From an uncultured Gammaproteobacteria bacterium (GTDB taxonomy: Bacteria; Pseudomonadota; Gammaproteobacteria; JAKDMP01): DNA of 64,000 nucleotides. Each line of letters starts with the position of its first letter. The stretch's first letter is position 1. This document shows, one piece after another, positions 12,552 to 22,324 of this stretch. The notes beneath the pieces were generated by a model. It made no database searches. It worked only from the letters and a program-made list of their open reading frames with translations, and had not been told where the DNA came from. The position numbers and the translations under genes were made by a program. The DNA lies in contig CAWJLN010000008.1 in NCBI GenBank assembly GCA_963843735.1, positions 164,818 through 228,817 on the forward strand, written 5' to 3'.

Positions 12552-14414
12552 ATGAACCGTTACCCGCTGTGGAAAAACCTGCTGGTCGTCGTGATCGTGC
12601 TCCTCGGCTTCGTGTTCGCGATGCCGAATCTGTTCGGCGAATCCCCCGCCGTGCAGATCACCCGGATCGGTTCCGCCACCCTGCCGGCCGGCGCGCTTGA
12701 TCACGCCGTCGCCGCGCTGGATGCGGCGCATGTGGCGCATGAGCGCATCGTCCCGGGCTCCGACAAGAGCGTCATCGTTTTCGCCGATACCGACGATCAA
12801 CTGCACGCCAGCCAGGTGGTAAAGGATGCGCTCGGCGACGATTATTCCGTCGCCCTGAACCTGGTGCCGAATACGCCCGCATGGATGCAGTCGCTGGGAT
12901 TGAAGCCGATGGCCAAGGGCCTCGATCTCGTGGGTGGCATCTATTTCCGCCTGAAGGTGGATCTGGTGGCGGCGGTCGCGCAATCACTGGACAACGAAAT
13001 GCGCGACATTCAGGGCGCGTTGCGCGGCGCCGACGTGCGCTATTCAAATGCCGTGCGCGACGGCCAGACGCTCAAGTTTTCCTTCCGTGATTCCGCGGCG
13101 AGTTCGCAGGCCGAACAGGTCATTCGCAAGACTTACCCGAATGTCACCTTCAGCAGCTACGACGTAAAGGGCACCACGGTGCTGAATGTCATTCCGTCGC
13201 CCGCGGACCTTCAGCAGATACGCGATCTCGCAGTGGGCGAGAACGTTTCGGCACTGCGCCGCCGCGTGAACCAGCTTGGCGTTGCCGAACCCATCGTGCA
13301 ACGCCAGGGACAGGATTACGTGATCGTCGAGTTGCCCGGCATGCAGAATGCCGCCCGCGCGAAGCAGCGCCTGGGCGATACCGCCACCGTGCAGTTTCGC
13401 ATGGAGTACCTGGGCGCGAATCCCGCCGAGGCGAAACGCACGGGGCATATTCCGCTCGACGCCGAACTGTACGAGAGGAATGACGTGGGGCATCAGGGCG
13501 AGCCGATTCTGCTCAATCGCGAGATCGTGGCCTCCGGGCCGGAGATCACCGATGCGACCAGCGGATTCGATCAACAGAGCGGAACCCCGTCGGTGAACGT
13601 TTCGCTCAATTCCGCCGGTGCCTCGCGCATGGGCGACACCACGCGGCATAATCTCGGCAAACCGATGGCGGTGCTCTACATCCAGAATCGCACCGAGACC
13701 AAGCAGGTCAACGGCAAGCCGGTGCAGACCACCAAGCAGATCAAGCAGGTCATCAACGTGGCGACCATCCGCGGGGTCTTCTCCAACCGCTTCCAGATCA
13801 CCGGCCTGAGTCAGGAGGAGGCGCAGAGCCTTGCGCTCACTCTGCGCACGCCGCTGGCGGCGCCGGTCAGCATCGTCGAGGAGCAGACGATCGGTCCGAG
13901 CATGGGCAAACAGAACATCCGCTACGGTTTCACTGCCGTGGTGATCGGCTTCTTGCTCGTCGTGATCGGCATGGCGATCTACTACAAGGCCTTCGGCCTG
14001 ATCGCCGATGCCGCGCTGATCATGAACCTTATCCTGATCGTGGCGCTGCTGTCCTTGTTGCAGGCGACGCTGACCCTGCCCGGCATCGCCGGCATCGTGC
14101 TCACCGTCGGCATGGCGGTAGACGCGAACGTGCTGATCAACGAACGCATACGCGAGGAATTGCGCGTGGGCTCCTCGCCGCAGGCAGCAATCCAGGCCGG
14201 CTACCAGCACGCCATGGCCACCATCGTGGACGCCAACCTCACCACCCTGATCGCGGGGCTGGTGCTGTTCGCGATCGGCACCGGGCCGATCAAGGGATTC
14301 GCGGTGACGCTTTCGCTCGGTATCGTCACCTCCATGTTCACCGCGATCATGGGTACGCGCGCCATCGTTAATGGCGTATTCGGCGCGCGCCGTCTGAAAC
14401 GTCTGCCGGTGTAG
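12552..14414 (+). CDS. secD: protein translocase subunit SecD
   Basis: 620 aa; large periplasmic domain plus C-terminal 6-TM SecD/SecF family region. Confidence 0.95.
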   Translation: MNRYPLWKNLLVVVIVLLGFVFAMPNLFGESPAVQITRIGSATLPAGALDHAVAALDAAHVAHERIVPGSDKSVIVFADTDDQLHASQVVKDALGDDYSVALNLVPNTPAWMQSLGLKPMAKGLDLVGGIYFRLKVDLVAAVAQSLDNEMRDIQGALRGADVRYSNAVRDGQTLKFSFRDSAASSQAEQVIRKTYPNVTFSSYDVKGTTVLNVIPSPADLQQIRDLAVGENVSALRRRVNQLGVAEPIVQRQGQDYVIVELPGMQNAARAKQRLGDTATVQFRMEYLGANPAEAKRTGHIPLDAELYERNDVGHQGEPILLNREIVASGPEITDATSGFDQQSGTPSVNVSLNSAGASRMGDTTRHNLGKPMAVLYIQNRTETKQVNGKPVQTTKQIKQVINVATIRGVFSNRFQITGLSQEEAQSLALTLRTPLAAPVSIVEEQTIGPSMGKQNIRYGFTAVVIGFLLVVIGMAIYYKAFGLIADAALIMNLILIVALLSLLQATLTLPGIAGIVLTVGMAVDANVLINERIREELRVGSSPQAAIQAGYQHAMATIVDANLTTLIAGLVLFAIGTGPIKGFAVTLSLGIVTSMFTAIMGTRAIVNGVFGARRLKRLPV

Positions 14415-14425
14415 GTAACACGTTA

Positions 14426-15370
14426 ATGGAACTGTTCAAGAGCACGACACACATCAACTTCATGAAGGCGCGCAAGGTCGCGATTGCCATGTCGTTGCTG
14501 GTGCTGGTGCTCGTCATCGTTTCCTTCTTCGTGCGCGGACTCAATCTCGGCGTTGACTTCACCGGCGGCGTAATCGCCGAGGTGACCTATCCGCAGGCGG
14601 TTCCCACCGAATCGGTCCGCAATACGCTGGACGCGGCCGGATTCAAGGACTTTACGGTGCAGAACTTCGGTTCGCCCACCGACATCATGGTGCGCCTGCG
14701 CCCGCGTGCGGACATGGTGCCGGAGGACGAGGCCGCGGCGGTCATCGCGGCGCTCAAGACGGCGAATCCGGGAGTGCAGAAAAAGCAGACGGGTAGCGTC
14801 GGTCCGCAGGTCGGCGGGGAACTCCGCAACCAGGGCGCGCTCGCGTTGCTGGTCGCCTTGATCCTGATCTTCGTCTATCTGATGGTGCGCTACGAATGGC
14901 GGCTCGCGCTTGGCGCAATTGCGGCGACGCTGCACGACGTCGTGTTCCTCGTCGGCATTTTTTCCATCATGCAGTGGGAATTCAATCTCGACGTGCTCGC
15001 GGCTGTGCTCGCGGTGCTCGGCTATTCGGTCAACGACACGGTGGTGGTCTTCGACCGCATTCGCGAGAACTTCAAGCGCATGCGGCGCGGCAGCGCGCTT
15101 GAGGTCATCAACACCGCCGTCAATCAGACGCTTTCACGCACCATCATGACCTCGGGCATGACGTTGCTGGTGGTGGTCGCGCTGCTCGTCGTCGGCGGGA
15201 CCGCACTGCGCGGTTTTTCACTGGCGCTCCTGATCGGCATCATTGTCGGCACCTACTCCTCGATTTTCATCGCCAGCGCCTCCGCCTACATGCTCGGCGT
15301 GGATCGCAAGCATTTCGCCGCCAAGAAGCGGCCCGGTGCGGAGGGTGCGGAGGTCGAAGAGCAGCCCTGA
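14426..15370 (+). CDS. secF: protein translocase subunit SecF
   Basis: 314 aa; SecD/SecF family TM signature (LGYSVNDTVVVFDRIRE). Confidence 0.95.
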   Translation: MELFKSTTHINFMKARKVAIAMSLLVLVLVIVSFFVRGLNLGVDFTGGVIAEVTYPQAVPTESVRNTLDAAGFKDFTVQNFGSPTDIMVRLRPRADMVPEDEAAAVIAALKTANPGVQKKQTGSVGPQVGGELRNQGALALLVALILIFVYLMVRYEWRLALGAIAATLHDVVFLVGIFSIMQWEFNLDVLAAVLAVLGYSVNDTVVVFDRIRENFKRMRRGSALEVINTAVNQTLSRTIMTSGMTLLVVVALLVVGGTALRGFSLALLIGIIVGTYSSIFIASASAYMLGVDRKHFAAKKRPGAEGAEVEEQP

Positions 15371-15429
15371 AATCAGGGACTCGGGATTCGAAGAATCGCG
15401 AGCAAGCTCGCTCCTACAGTGTCTAGGGT

Positions 15430-16233
15430 TTAACGCCTAACGCCCTTCGGCAGATACGGGGCGAGCGTTTTGCCGAGTGCGGCGTGCACGCGCGGGCTGC
15501 CGGCGAGAATGTCGCCGCCGGCGACCGGCCAGCCGGGTCTTCCTGAGAAATCTCCGAACAGACCACCTGCTTCTTCAATCAGGAGGCAGCCCGCGGCGAT
15601 GTCCCAGGGCTTGAGCGCGAGTTCGAAGAAGCCGTCGAGGCGACCGGCCGCGATCCAGGCCAGATCGAGCGCCGCCGAACCCGCGCGACGCAGACCGCCC
15701 GATTGCTCGATCACGGTGCGCAGCATGGTGAGATAGGCGTCGAGGTCGGTGAAATCGCGGAACGGAAAGCCGGTGCCGATGAGCGCGTCCTTGAGTCCCG
15801 GTCGCGGCGTGACGCGGATGCGCCGGTCGTTCAGAAACGCGCCCCGGCCGTGACTCGCCACATACATTTCCTCGCGCAACGGATCGTACACGACGCCGTG
15901 CACAAGCCGGCCGCATTCGGCGATCGCGATGGAAACCGAAAAGGCGGGGAAGCCGTGCAGGTAATTCGTGGTGCCGTCCAGCGGATCAATGATCCACTCA
16001 TAGTCGCTTTTGCCGCCGCTGATGCCGCTTTCCTCGGCGAGGATGGCATGCTCGGGATGCGCCGTGCGGATGATCTCGATAATGGCCTGTTCGGATTTCC
16101 GATCAATTTCGGAGACATAATCGTTGTGCTGCTTAAGCTCCACGTGCAGGACGTCGAGACGATTCATGCCGCGCAGCACGATGGCGCCGCCGGCGCGCGC
16201 GGCGCTCATGGCAATGTTGAGAAGTGGATCCAC
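15430..16233 (-). CDS. suhB: inositol monophosphatase family protein
   Basis: ORF track gives a 416-aa read-through. Trimmed to GTG start at 16233 (MDPLLNIAMSAARAGG...) giving 267 aa; motifs WIIDPLDGTTNYLHGFP and metal-binding DAA residues typical of SuhB/IMPase. Confidence 0.85.
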   Translation of the reverse strand: MDPLLNIAMSAARAGGAIVLRGMNRLDVLHVELKQHNDYVSEIDRKSEQAIIEIIRTAHPEHAILAEESGISGGKSDYEWIIDPLDGTTNYLHGFPAFSVSIAIAECGRLVHGVVYDPLREEMYVASHGRGAFLNDRRIRVTPRPGLKDALIGTGFPFRDFTDLDAYLTMLRTVIEQSGGLRRAGSAALDLAWIAAGRLDGFFELALKPWDIAAGCLLIEEAGGLFGDFSGRPGWPVAGGDILAGSPRVHAALGKTLAPYLPKGVRR

Positions 16234-16285
16234 GGTCAGCTTGGACGGAAGGGCGCGACTAGAATAACAAAGCTGTGCCCTGACG

Positions 16286-17026
16286 GTGATTGAATTGAGC
16301 GGCGAAATCTCGATCGTGCTGGTGGAGACCAGCCATCCGGGCAATGTCGGTGCGGCGGCGCGCGCCATGCGGGTGATGGGCCTTGGGCGTCTCGTGCTGG
16401 TCGCGCCGCGTTGCCGGATCGCAAGCGAGGCACGTGCGCGCGCCTCCGGCGCCGTGGACGTGCTCGACCAGGCGCGTACCGTGGCGACGTTGGCCGAGGC
16501 AATCGCCGGGGCGCGCTTCGTGATCGGCACCAGCGCCCGCGGCCGCAATCTGGGCCCGCCGCCGCTTGCCGTGCGCGCGGGCATGGGTGAGCTTGCGCGC
16601 GAACTGCGGATGGGCGACGTCGCCATTCTCTTCGGGCCGGAGCGCACCGGGCTCGACAACGCGGCGCTCGCGCGCTGCAATCGCCTGTGGCATATCCCGA
16701 GCGCAGAGAGTTATTCTTCGCTCAATCTGGCGGCAGCCGTTCAGGTGGTGGCCTACGAGGTTTTTCTCGCGCGCGGCGGCGATGCTCCGGCCGCCCGGGT
16801 GCATCCCGCGGCCTCGGCCGAGGAGGTGGCGGGCCTGTTGGGCCACTTCGACCGGGCTGCCCGGGCAATCGGCTTTATCGCGCCCGATGCTCCGCGACTT
16901 GCACTGCGCCGGCTGGAACGCCTTGCCCGCCGGGCGCGTCTGGAGGCGAGCGAGGTTAAACTATTACGCGGATTTCTGAGCGCCGCCGAACGCGGCAAAC
17001 GGCCGCCCAAGCGCCATGACAATTAG
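16286..17026 (+). CDS. trmJ: tRNA (cytidine/uridine-2'-O-)-methyltransferase, SpoU/TrmH class
   Basis: 246 aa; SPOUT motifs (IVLVETSHPGNVGAAARAM; ILFGPERTGL; NLAAAVQVVAYE); divergent from suhB as in other proteobacteria. Confidence 0.8.
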   Translation: MIELSGEISIVLVETSHPGNVGAAARAMRVMGLGRLVLVAPRCRIASEARARASGAVDVLDQARTVATLAEAIAGARFVIGTSARGRNLGPPPLAVRAGMGELARELRMGDVAILFGPERTGLDNAALARCNRLWHIPSAESYSSLNLAAAVQVVAYEVFLARGGDAPAARVHPAASAEEVAGLLGHFDRAARAIGFIAPDAPRLALRRLERLARRARLEASEVKLLRGFLSAAERGKRPPKRHDN

Positions 17027-18206
17027 AAAGCCCGTCTATCTCGATTACGCCGCCACCACGCCGGTGGATCCGGCCGTCGTCGAGGCGATGCTGCCCTATC
17101 TCGGTCCCGAAGGCTGTTTCGCCAATCCCGCCTCCGTCAGCCATGCCGCCGGGCGTGCGGCGCGCAAGGCGGTGGAAGAAGCACGCGCCGAGATTGCGGC
17201 GCTGGTCGGCGCCGATTCCGCGGAAATCGTTTTCACGTCGGGCGCGACGGAATCGAACAATCTGGCCTTGAAGGGCGTCATGCACTGCTGCGGATGCGGG
17301 AGGGAGCATCTCGTGAGCGATCGCATCGAACACAAGGCCGTCCTCGATACGGCACATGCGCTCGAAGCCGAAGGCCATGCGGTGACTCTGATCACGCCGG
17401 CGGCGGACGGGCGGGTGAGCCCGGAAGCGCTCAGTGCGGCGATCCGCAAGGATACGCGGCTCGTTTCCATCATGCTCGTCAACAACGAGATCGGCGTAAT
17501 TCAGGACATTGCGGCGCTGGGCGCGGTCTGCCGCGAGCACGGCGTGCTGTTTCATGTGGACGCGGCCCAGGCCGCCGGCAAGATCGCGATCAATCTTGCC
17601 GGGCTGCCCGTTGATCTGATGTCCTTTTCCGGGCACAAGCTCTACGGGCCGAAGGGCATCGGCGCACTTTACGTGCGCCACGCGCCCGAGGTGCGCCTCG
17701 ACGCCATGATGCACGGCGGCGGGCACGAATCCGGTTTTCGTTCCGGCACGCTCGCCACGCACCAGATCGTCGGCATGGGGCGCGCCTTCGCGATCGCGCG
17801 CGAACGTCTGGACGAGGACGCGGCTCATGCCCGCCGCCTGACCGGTCGGCTGCGCGACGGCTTGTCCGCACTGGGCGGCGTCGAGGTCAACGGTCCCGCC
17901 GACGAATACCGTGCCGCCCATATTCTGAATCTTTCCTTCGATTGCGTGGTAAGCGATACGCTGCTTTATTTTTTGACCGATGTCGCCGTGTCCACCGGTT
18001 CCGCTTGCAGTTCTGCCTCGCGTGCGCCTTCGTACATTCTGAAGGCCTTGGGCTACTCCGACGCGCGGGCTCGTTCCAGCCTGCGCCTGAGCGTGGGCCG
18101 TTTCACCACGATGGAGGAAGTGGAATTCGCCGTCGGGCACATCGGCGCGGCGGTCAACCGCCTGCGCGAGATGGCGCCGAAGGCGGATCGTCGGGCCGCA
18201 AGCTGA
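17016..18206 (+). CDS. iscS: cysteine desulfurase, IscS/NifS family (class V aminotransferase)
   Basis: 396 aa; PLP-lysine motif SFSGHKLYGPKG and catalytic-loop cysteine STGSACSSAS. Confidence 0.85.
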   Translation: MTIRKPVYLDYAATTPVDPAVVEAMLPYLGPEGCFANPASVSHAAGRAARKAVEEARAEIAALVGADSAEIVFTSGATESNNLALKGVMHCCGCGREHLVSDRIEHKAVLDTAHALEAEGHAVTLITPAADGRVSPEALSAAIRKDTRLVSIMLVNNEIGVIQDIAALGAVCREHGVLFHVDAAQAAGKIAINLAGLPVDLMSFSGHKLYGPKGIGALYVRHAPEVRLDAMMHGGGHESGFRSGTLATHQIVGMGRAFAIARERLDEDAAHARRLTGRLRDGLSALGGVEVNGPADEYRAAHILNLSFDCVVSDTLLYFLTDVAVSTGSACSSASRAPSYILKALGYSDARARSSLRLSVGRFTTMEEVEFAVGHIGAAVNRLREMAPKADRRAAS

Positions 18207-18213
18207 GAATCGC

Positions 18214-18597
18214 GTGACGACGCTGGATGATTTCGGAGCCCCGGCTCGCGATCATCTCGCACACCCGCGCAATCACGGTGTCTTTCCGCCGGAAACCGCG
18301 GGGATTATTCTGAGCGGTGCAGCCGGGAGTGTTGCTTCCGGCGCCTTCGTTCGTTTTTATTTGCGCATGGAGGATGGGAGCATTGCCGCCGCGCGCTACG
18401 AAGTGCTGGGCGGGCCCGCGCTTATCGCCGCGGCCTCGTACCTGTCGGAACTGTTGCCGGGGCGGTCGGCCAGTCCCGAGGCGATTCCGCCCGGTTTGGC
18501 GCTTGCCGAAACACTCGGCCTGCCGCGCGTGGAGCACGGCGCTGCGCTCCTCGCCGAAGACGCCGCCCGCGCCTGCTTTGAATCGCAGAAAAGTTGA
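18214..18597 (+). CDS. IscU/NifU-N-like protein lacking all three scaffold cysteines
   Basis: 127 aa; GTG start 8 nt after iscS stop; aligns block-by-block with IscU (HPRNHG ~ NPRNVG; GAAGS ~ GAPACGD; LGGPAL ~ YGCGSA; [10 protein letters not shown] ~ HCSILAEDA) but every Cys position is Ala/Gly/Ser. Confidence 0.6.
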   Translation: MTTLDDFGAPARDHLAHPRNHGVFPPETAGIILSGAAGSVASGAFVRFYLRMEDGSIAAARYEVLGGPALIAAASYLSELLPGRSASPEAIPPGLALAETLGLPRVEHGAALLAEDAARACFESQKS

Positions 18598-18625
18598 AAC
18601 GCCTCAAAAAATCCGGGAGACCCGA

Positions 18626-19468
18626 ATGAACGAACGCGAGCTGGAAGAGAGCATTCACACCGATCTCAAGGATCGGCTCACCTATTCGGGTTATCTCTGC
18701 CTCGATCGGCTGTTTTCGGCGCAGCATCCCTTGAGCGAACCCGAGCATCACGACGAGATGCTGTTCATCATTCAGCATCAGACCTCGGAACTGTGGATCA
18801 AGCTCACCCTGCACGAACTCGAGGCCGCCATTCGTCACGTGCAGAACGATCAGCTCGAACCCTGCTTCAAGATTCTTGCGCGGGTGAAGCAGATACAGAT
18901 GCAGCTTTTCAACCAATGGGCGGTGCTGGAGACACTCACTCCCACTGAATACGCCGAGTTTCGCGGCGTGCTCGCCAACGCTTCCGGCTTCCAGTCGGTG
19001 CAGTACCGCGCGCTCGAATTCATGCTTGGCAACAAGTCGGAAGCGCTGCTGCGCGTGTACGCATACGATCCCGAGGCGCACGCCTTGCTGGACGAGCTTC
19101 TGCATCGTCCGAGTCTCTACGATGAATTCCTGCGCTACCTGGCGCGGCGCGGCCTGCCCGTGCCCGGCGAACGCATCGAGCGCGACTGGGCGCAGCCCTA
19201 CGAAAGCCATCCCGGCGTAACCGCCGTTTTCAAGACCATCTACGAAGATTCCCGCACCTGGTGGGATGCCTACGAAATGTGCGAGAAACTGGTGGACGTG
19301 GAAGAATACTTTCAGCTCTGGCGTTTCCGCCACATGAAAACCGTCGAGCGGATCATCGGGCACAAGCGCGGCACCGGCGGTTCCTCCGGCGTGAACTTCC
19401 TCAAGCAGGCCTTGGACCTGACGTTTTTCCCGGAACTCATAGACGTGCGCACCGAAATTGGCGCCTGA
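18626..19468 (+). CDS. kynA: tryptophan 2,3-dioxygenase
   Basis: Start at ATG 18626 preceded by GGGAGA RBS (not the 18317 ORF start); 280 aa; conserved TDO blocks ([37 protein letters not shown]). Confidence 0.9.
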   Translation: MNERELEESIHTDLKDRLTYSGYLCLDRLFSAQHPLSEPEHHDEMLFIIQHQTSELWIKLTLHELEAAIRHVQNDQLEPCFKILARVKQIQMQLFNQWAVLETLTPTEYAEFRGVLANASGFQSVQYRALEFMLGNKSEALLRVYAYDPEAHALLDELLHRPSLYDEFLRYLARRGLPVPGERIERDWAQPYESHPGVTAVFKTIYEDSRTWWDAYEMCEKLVDVEEYFQLWRFRHMKTVERIIGHKRGTGGSSGVNFLKQALDLTFFPELIDVRTEIGA

Positions 19469-19545
19469 CGCACAGGTTTCTGCGCACGCTGTTGCATAAT
19501 GCGATGTCTTGTCGTGCAAGCGGCCTTTCCATAAGGATCTGAACC

Positions 19546-21024
19546 ATGCATGCTGCCGATACCGATGCCGATGTCCGCGATCCCGGGTTTGCCAATTTCT
19601 GGGGACATCCGCGCCCGCTCTGGATGCTGCTGGGCGTCACCGTTTTTTTCAATTTCGCCTTCTACGGTTTTCGCGCCTATCTGGCTCCCTACATCGAGCA
19701 ACAATTCTATTCCGGGCTGGGCGCGGCGGCGGCCCAGAAGCATGCCGATCTTCTGACCAGCGGTTTTCTGGCGCTGATGTATGCCACGCCGATCATCGGC
19801 GGCTATGTCGCCGACAAGATCCTCGGCGAGGCGCGGGCGTTGCTCATATCGCTGTGGCTGGGCGTAGTGGCGCTGGTTCTGATGGCACTGCCGACCCTGT
19901 TCGGTTTTGAAATCGGCATGGCCCTGTTTGCCTTGTCGGTCGGACTCAGCATTCCGTTGACGGTTCTGATCGGTCGCAACTACGCCAGGGGCGACTCCCG
20001 TCGCGAGGGCGGCTACACGCTGTTTTATCTCGCGATCAATCTGGGTGCTTTCATCGCGCCGTTCATCTGCGCGGATTTCATCGGTCATCGCTACGGCTAT
20101 CGCTGGGGTTTCATCGCCGCCGCCGCCGGCATGGCGCTGGCGGCGCTGTTGTTTCATCTGCGTCGTCATGTGTTGCGACCGGCGCTGCCCCGGGGCGAGC
20201 ATCTGCACGGGCCGATGGCCACCGTCTGGGTGCTGGCGGTGATTGCCGTACTGTTGTATCCCACGGCATTACTGCTGGATTTCCCCACGATATTGAGCTG
20301 GGCCATGTATGCGTTGATGGGCCTGCTGGTGCTGTATTTCATCGTGAATTGCGCGCGCCGCCGCGACTCCGTCCAGACGCAACGCTATTTCGCCTTGCTG
20401 CTGTTGTTCGTGGCGCTGGTGGTGTTCTGGGCGTTCAGCTTGCAGGGCGTGACTTCGCTCAATTTCCTCGCCCGCGACTACGTCAACGCGCCGTTCGATT
20501 ACACGCTGTTCCAGTCGGCCAATCCGCTCTTCATCCTGATTTTCGCACCGCTCATGGCGATACTCTGGCCGTGGTTGGACCGGCGCGGAAGAGATCCCTC
20601 GACGCCACGTAAATTCGGCATCGGTCTGCTGCTGGTGGCGCTGAGCTACGGCGTGCTGGTGCTTGCAATTCGTTATCTGCAAGGAGCGCACGGGCGCATT
20701 TCGTGGTGGCCGTTGGCCTTGTGCTATCTGCTGGCCACGCTCGGCGAGTTGGCGCTGTCGCCGATCGGCTATTCGCTGGTTGGTCAGTTGGCGGCGCAGG
20801 AAGACGCCTCGCTCGCCATGGGCGGCTGGTTTTTCGGTGTGGCTCTGGCCTATCAACTGGCCGGCTGGATCGCGACCCAGACTGCATCCGGTGCCGGCGC
20901 ACTGGGCGGCCTGGGCGATTACGCACATGTCTATGGCCTGTTGTTCTGGCTGGGGCTGGCTGTGGCCGCAGTGTTTCTTGTAGCCGCGCCGTGGATACGA
21001 CGTCTGATGCACGGCGTGCGCTAG
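19546..21024 (+). CDS. proton-dependent oligopeptide transporter (POT/PTR2 family, MFS)
   Basis: 492 aa; multi-TM; POT signature region FYGFRAYLAPYIEQQF and GGYVADKILG. Confidence 0.8.
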   Translation: MHAADTDADVRDPGFANFWGHPRPLWMLLGVTVFFNFAFYGFRAYLAPYIEQQFYSGLGAAAAQKHADLLTSGFLALMYATPIIGGYVADKILGEARALLISLWLGVVALVLMALPTLFGFEIGMALFALSVGLSIPLTVLIGRNYARGDSRREGGYTLFYLAINLGAFIAPFICADFIGHRYGYRWGFIAAAAGMALAALLFHLRRHVLRPALPRGEHLHGPMATVWVLAVIAVLLYPTALLLDFPTILSWAMYALMGLLVLYFIVNCARRRDSVQTQRYFALLLLFVALVVFWAFSLQGVTSLNFLARDYVNAPFDYTLFQSANPLFILIFAPLMAILWPWLDRRGRDPSTPRKFGIGLLLVALSYGVLVLAIRYLQGAHGRISWWPLALCYLLATLGELALSPIGYSLVGQLAAQEDASLAMGGWFFGVALAYQLAGWIATQTASGAGALGGLGDYAHVYGLLFWLGLAVAAVFLVAAPWIRRLMHGVR

Positions 21025-21086
21025 CAGGCGGCCGAAAAGCTACTGCGCTCAAGCTGCCTTCGCTCGCTGCGCTTTTAGACCGCCTG
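21025..21086 (+). terminator. long imperfect hairpin downstream of the POT transporter gene (possible terminator or regulatory structure)
   Basis: caggcggccgaaaagc (21025-21040) pairs with gcttttagaccgcctg (21071-21086); no obvious T-tract, so weak as an intrinsic terminator. Confidence 0.3.
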
Positions 21087-21216
21087 CCGGGTGCATTTGC
21101 CACGCTCGGGTGGAGACCTCGGAGCCGGGGTGGCGGTATACTGGGCGACAGCACTGGCGGGCGAAAATTCGCGTGCCGACAAGCATTTTGAACATGATTG
21201 ACAGGAGGAATACCTC

Positions 21217-22305
21217 ATGAATGCGTCGCTCAACCTTGGCATGCAGGTCACCACCTTCGAGAATCCGATGAAGGTGGACGGTTTCGAGTTCGTGGAATTT
21301 GCAGCACCGGATCCGAAGCTGCTGCACGATCTTTTCCCGCGGCTCGGATTCACCGTTGTAGCCCGGCACAAATCGAAGAAAATCACCCTTTATCGCGAAG
21401 GGAAATGCAACTTCCTGGTCAACGAGGAACCGGGTTCGTTTGCCGCCGATTTTGCCGCGAAGCACGGTCCCTGCGCCTGCGGCTTTGCCATTCGTTTCTC
21501 GCGGCCGGGTGCCGAGGTGCTGCGTGCGACGCTCGCCAACGGCGCCGAGGAAATGACGGACAAGGCTTCGAGCCGCGCCATCAGCGTGCCGGTGATCAAG
21601 GGCATCGGCGGCTGCATGCTGTATCTCGTGGATCGTTACGGCGAAAATGGCGAGGTGTACGAAGACGAATACGAGTGGCTGCCGGGCGTGGATCGCAATC
21701 CCGAGGGTTTCGGCCTGACCTTTATTGACCATCTCACCCACAATCTGCATTTTGGCGAGATGGCAAAGTGGGCCGGCTACTACGAACGCCTGTTCAACTT
21801 TCGCGAGATTCGCTATTTCGACATCAAGGGCGCGAAGACCGGTCTCGTTTCGAAGGCGATGACCGCGCCCGACGGCATGGTACGCATTCCGCTCAACGAA
21901 TCCTCCGATCCGAAGAGCCAGATCAACGAGTATCTTGACGAATACAAGGGCGAGGGCATCCAGCACATCGCCTGCTTTACCGACAGCATTTACGAAACCG
22001 TGGAGGCCATGCGCAAGGCCGGCGTCGAATTTCTCGATACGCCCGATGCCTATTTCGAGATGGTGGACGAGCGCGTCCCGAATCACGGTGAGGATTTGGC
22101 GCGTCTCGCAAAGAACAAGATTCTGATCGACGCCGATACGGAGACGAAGAAGAAACTTCTGCTGCAGATTTTTACACAGAACTGCATCGGACCGATTTTC
22201 TTCGAGATCATCCAGCGCAAGGGCAACGAAGGCTTCGGCGAGGGCAACTTCACCGCGCTGTTCGAGTCCATCGAGCGCGATCAGATGAAACGCGGCGTAC
22301 TTTGA
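21217..22305 (+). CDS. hppD: 4-hydroxyphenylpyruvate dioxygenase
   Basis: 362 aa intact; two VOC-fold modules and C-terminal HPPD iron-ligand region (GIQHIACFTD ... FFEIIQRKG ... GFGEGNFTALFESIE). Confidence 0.9.
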   Translation: MNASLNLGMQVTTFENPMKVDGFEFVEFAAPDPKLLHDLFPRLGFTVVARHKSKKITLYREGKCNFLVNEEPGSFAADFAAKHGPCACGFAIRFSRPGAEVLRATLANGAEEMTDKASSRAISVPVIKGIGGCMLYLVDRYGENGEVYEDEYEWLPGVDRNPEGFGLTFIDHLTHNLHFGEMAKWAGYYERLFNFREIRYFDIKGAKTGLVSKAMTAPDGMVRIPLNESSDPKSQINEYLDEYKGEGIQHIACFTDSIYETVEAMRKAGVEFLDTPDAYFEMVDERVPNHGEDLARLAKNKILIDADTETKKKLLLQIFTQNCIGPIFFEIIQRKGNEGFGEGNFTALFESIERDQMKRGVL

Positions 22306-22324
22306 TATGCTGTACGCACCTGTA

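Noticed and set aside
15360-15415. Intrinsic terminator between convergent secF and suhB
   Set aside because: Two short hairpins (ccctga/tcaggg and gcgagc/gctcgc) have 2-nt loops and no flanking T-tract; too weak to call.
16234-16680. Upstream extension of suhB ORF to 416 aa
   Set aside because: Extension is Arg/Ala/Ser-rich low-complexity sequence and overlaps the trmJ start region; SuhB homology begins at GTG 16233.
18317-18625. Upstream extension of kynA ORF (track start 18317)
   Set aside because: Overlaps the IscU-like gene; TDO homology and an RBS support ATG 18626.
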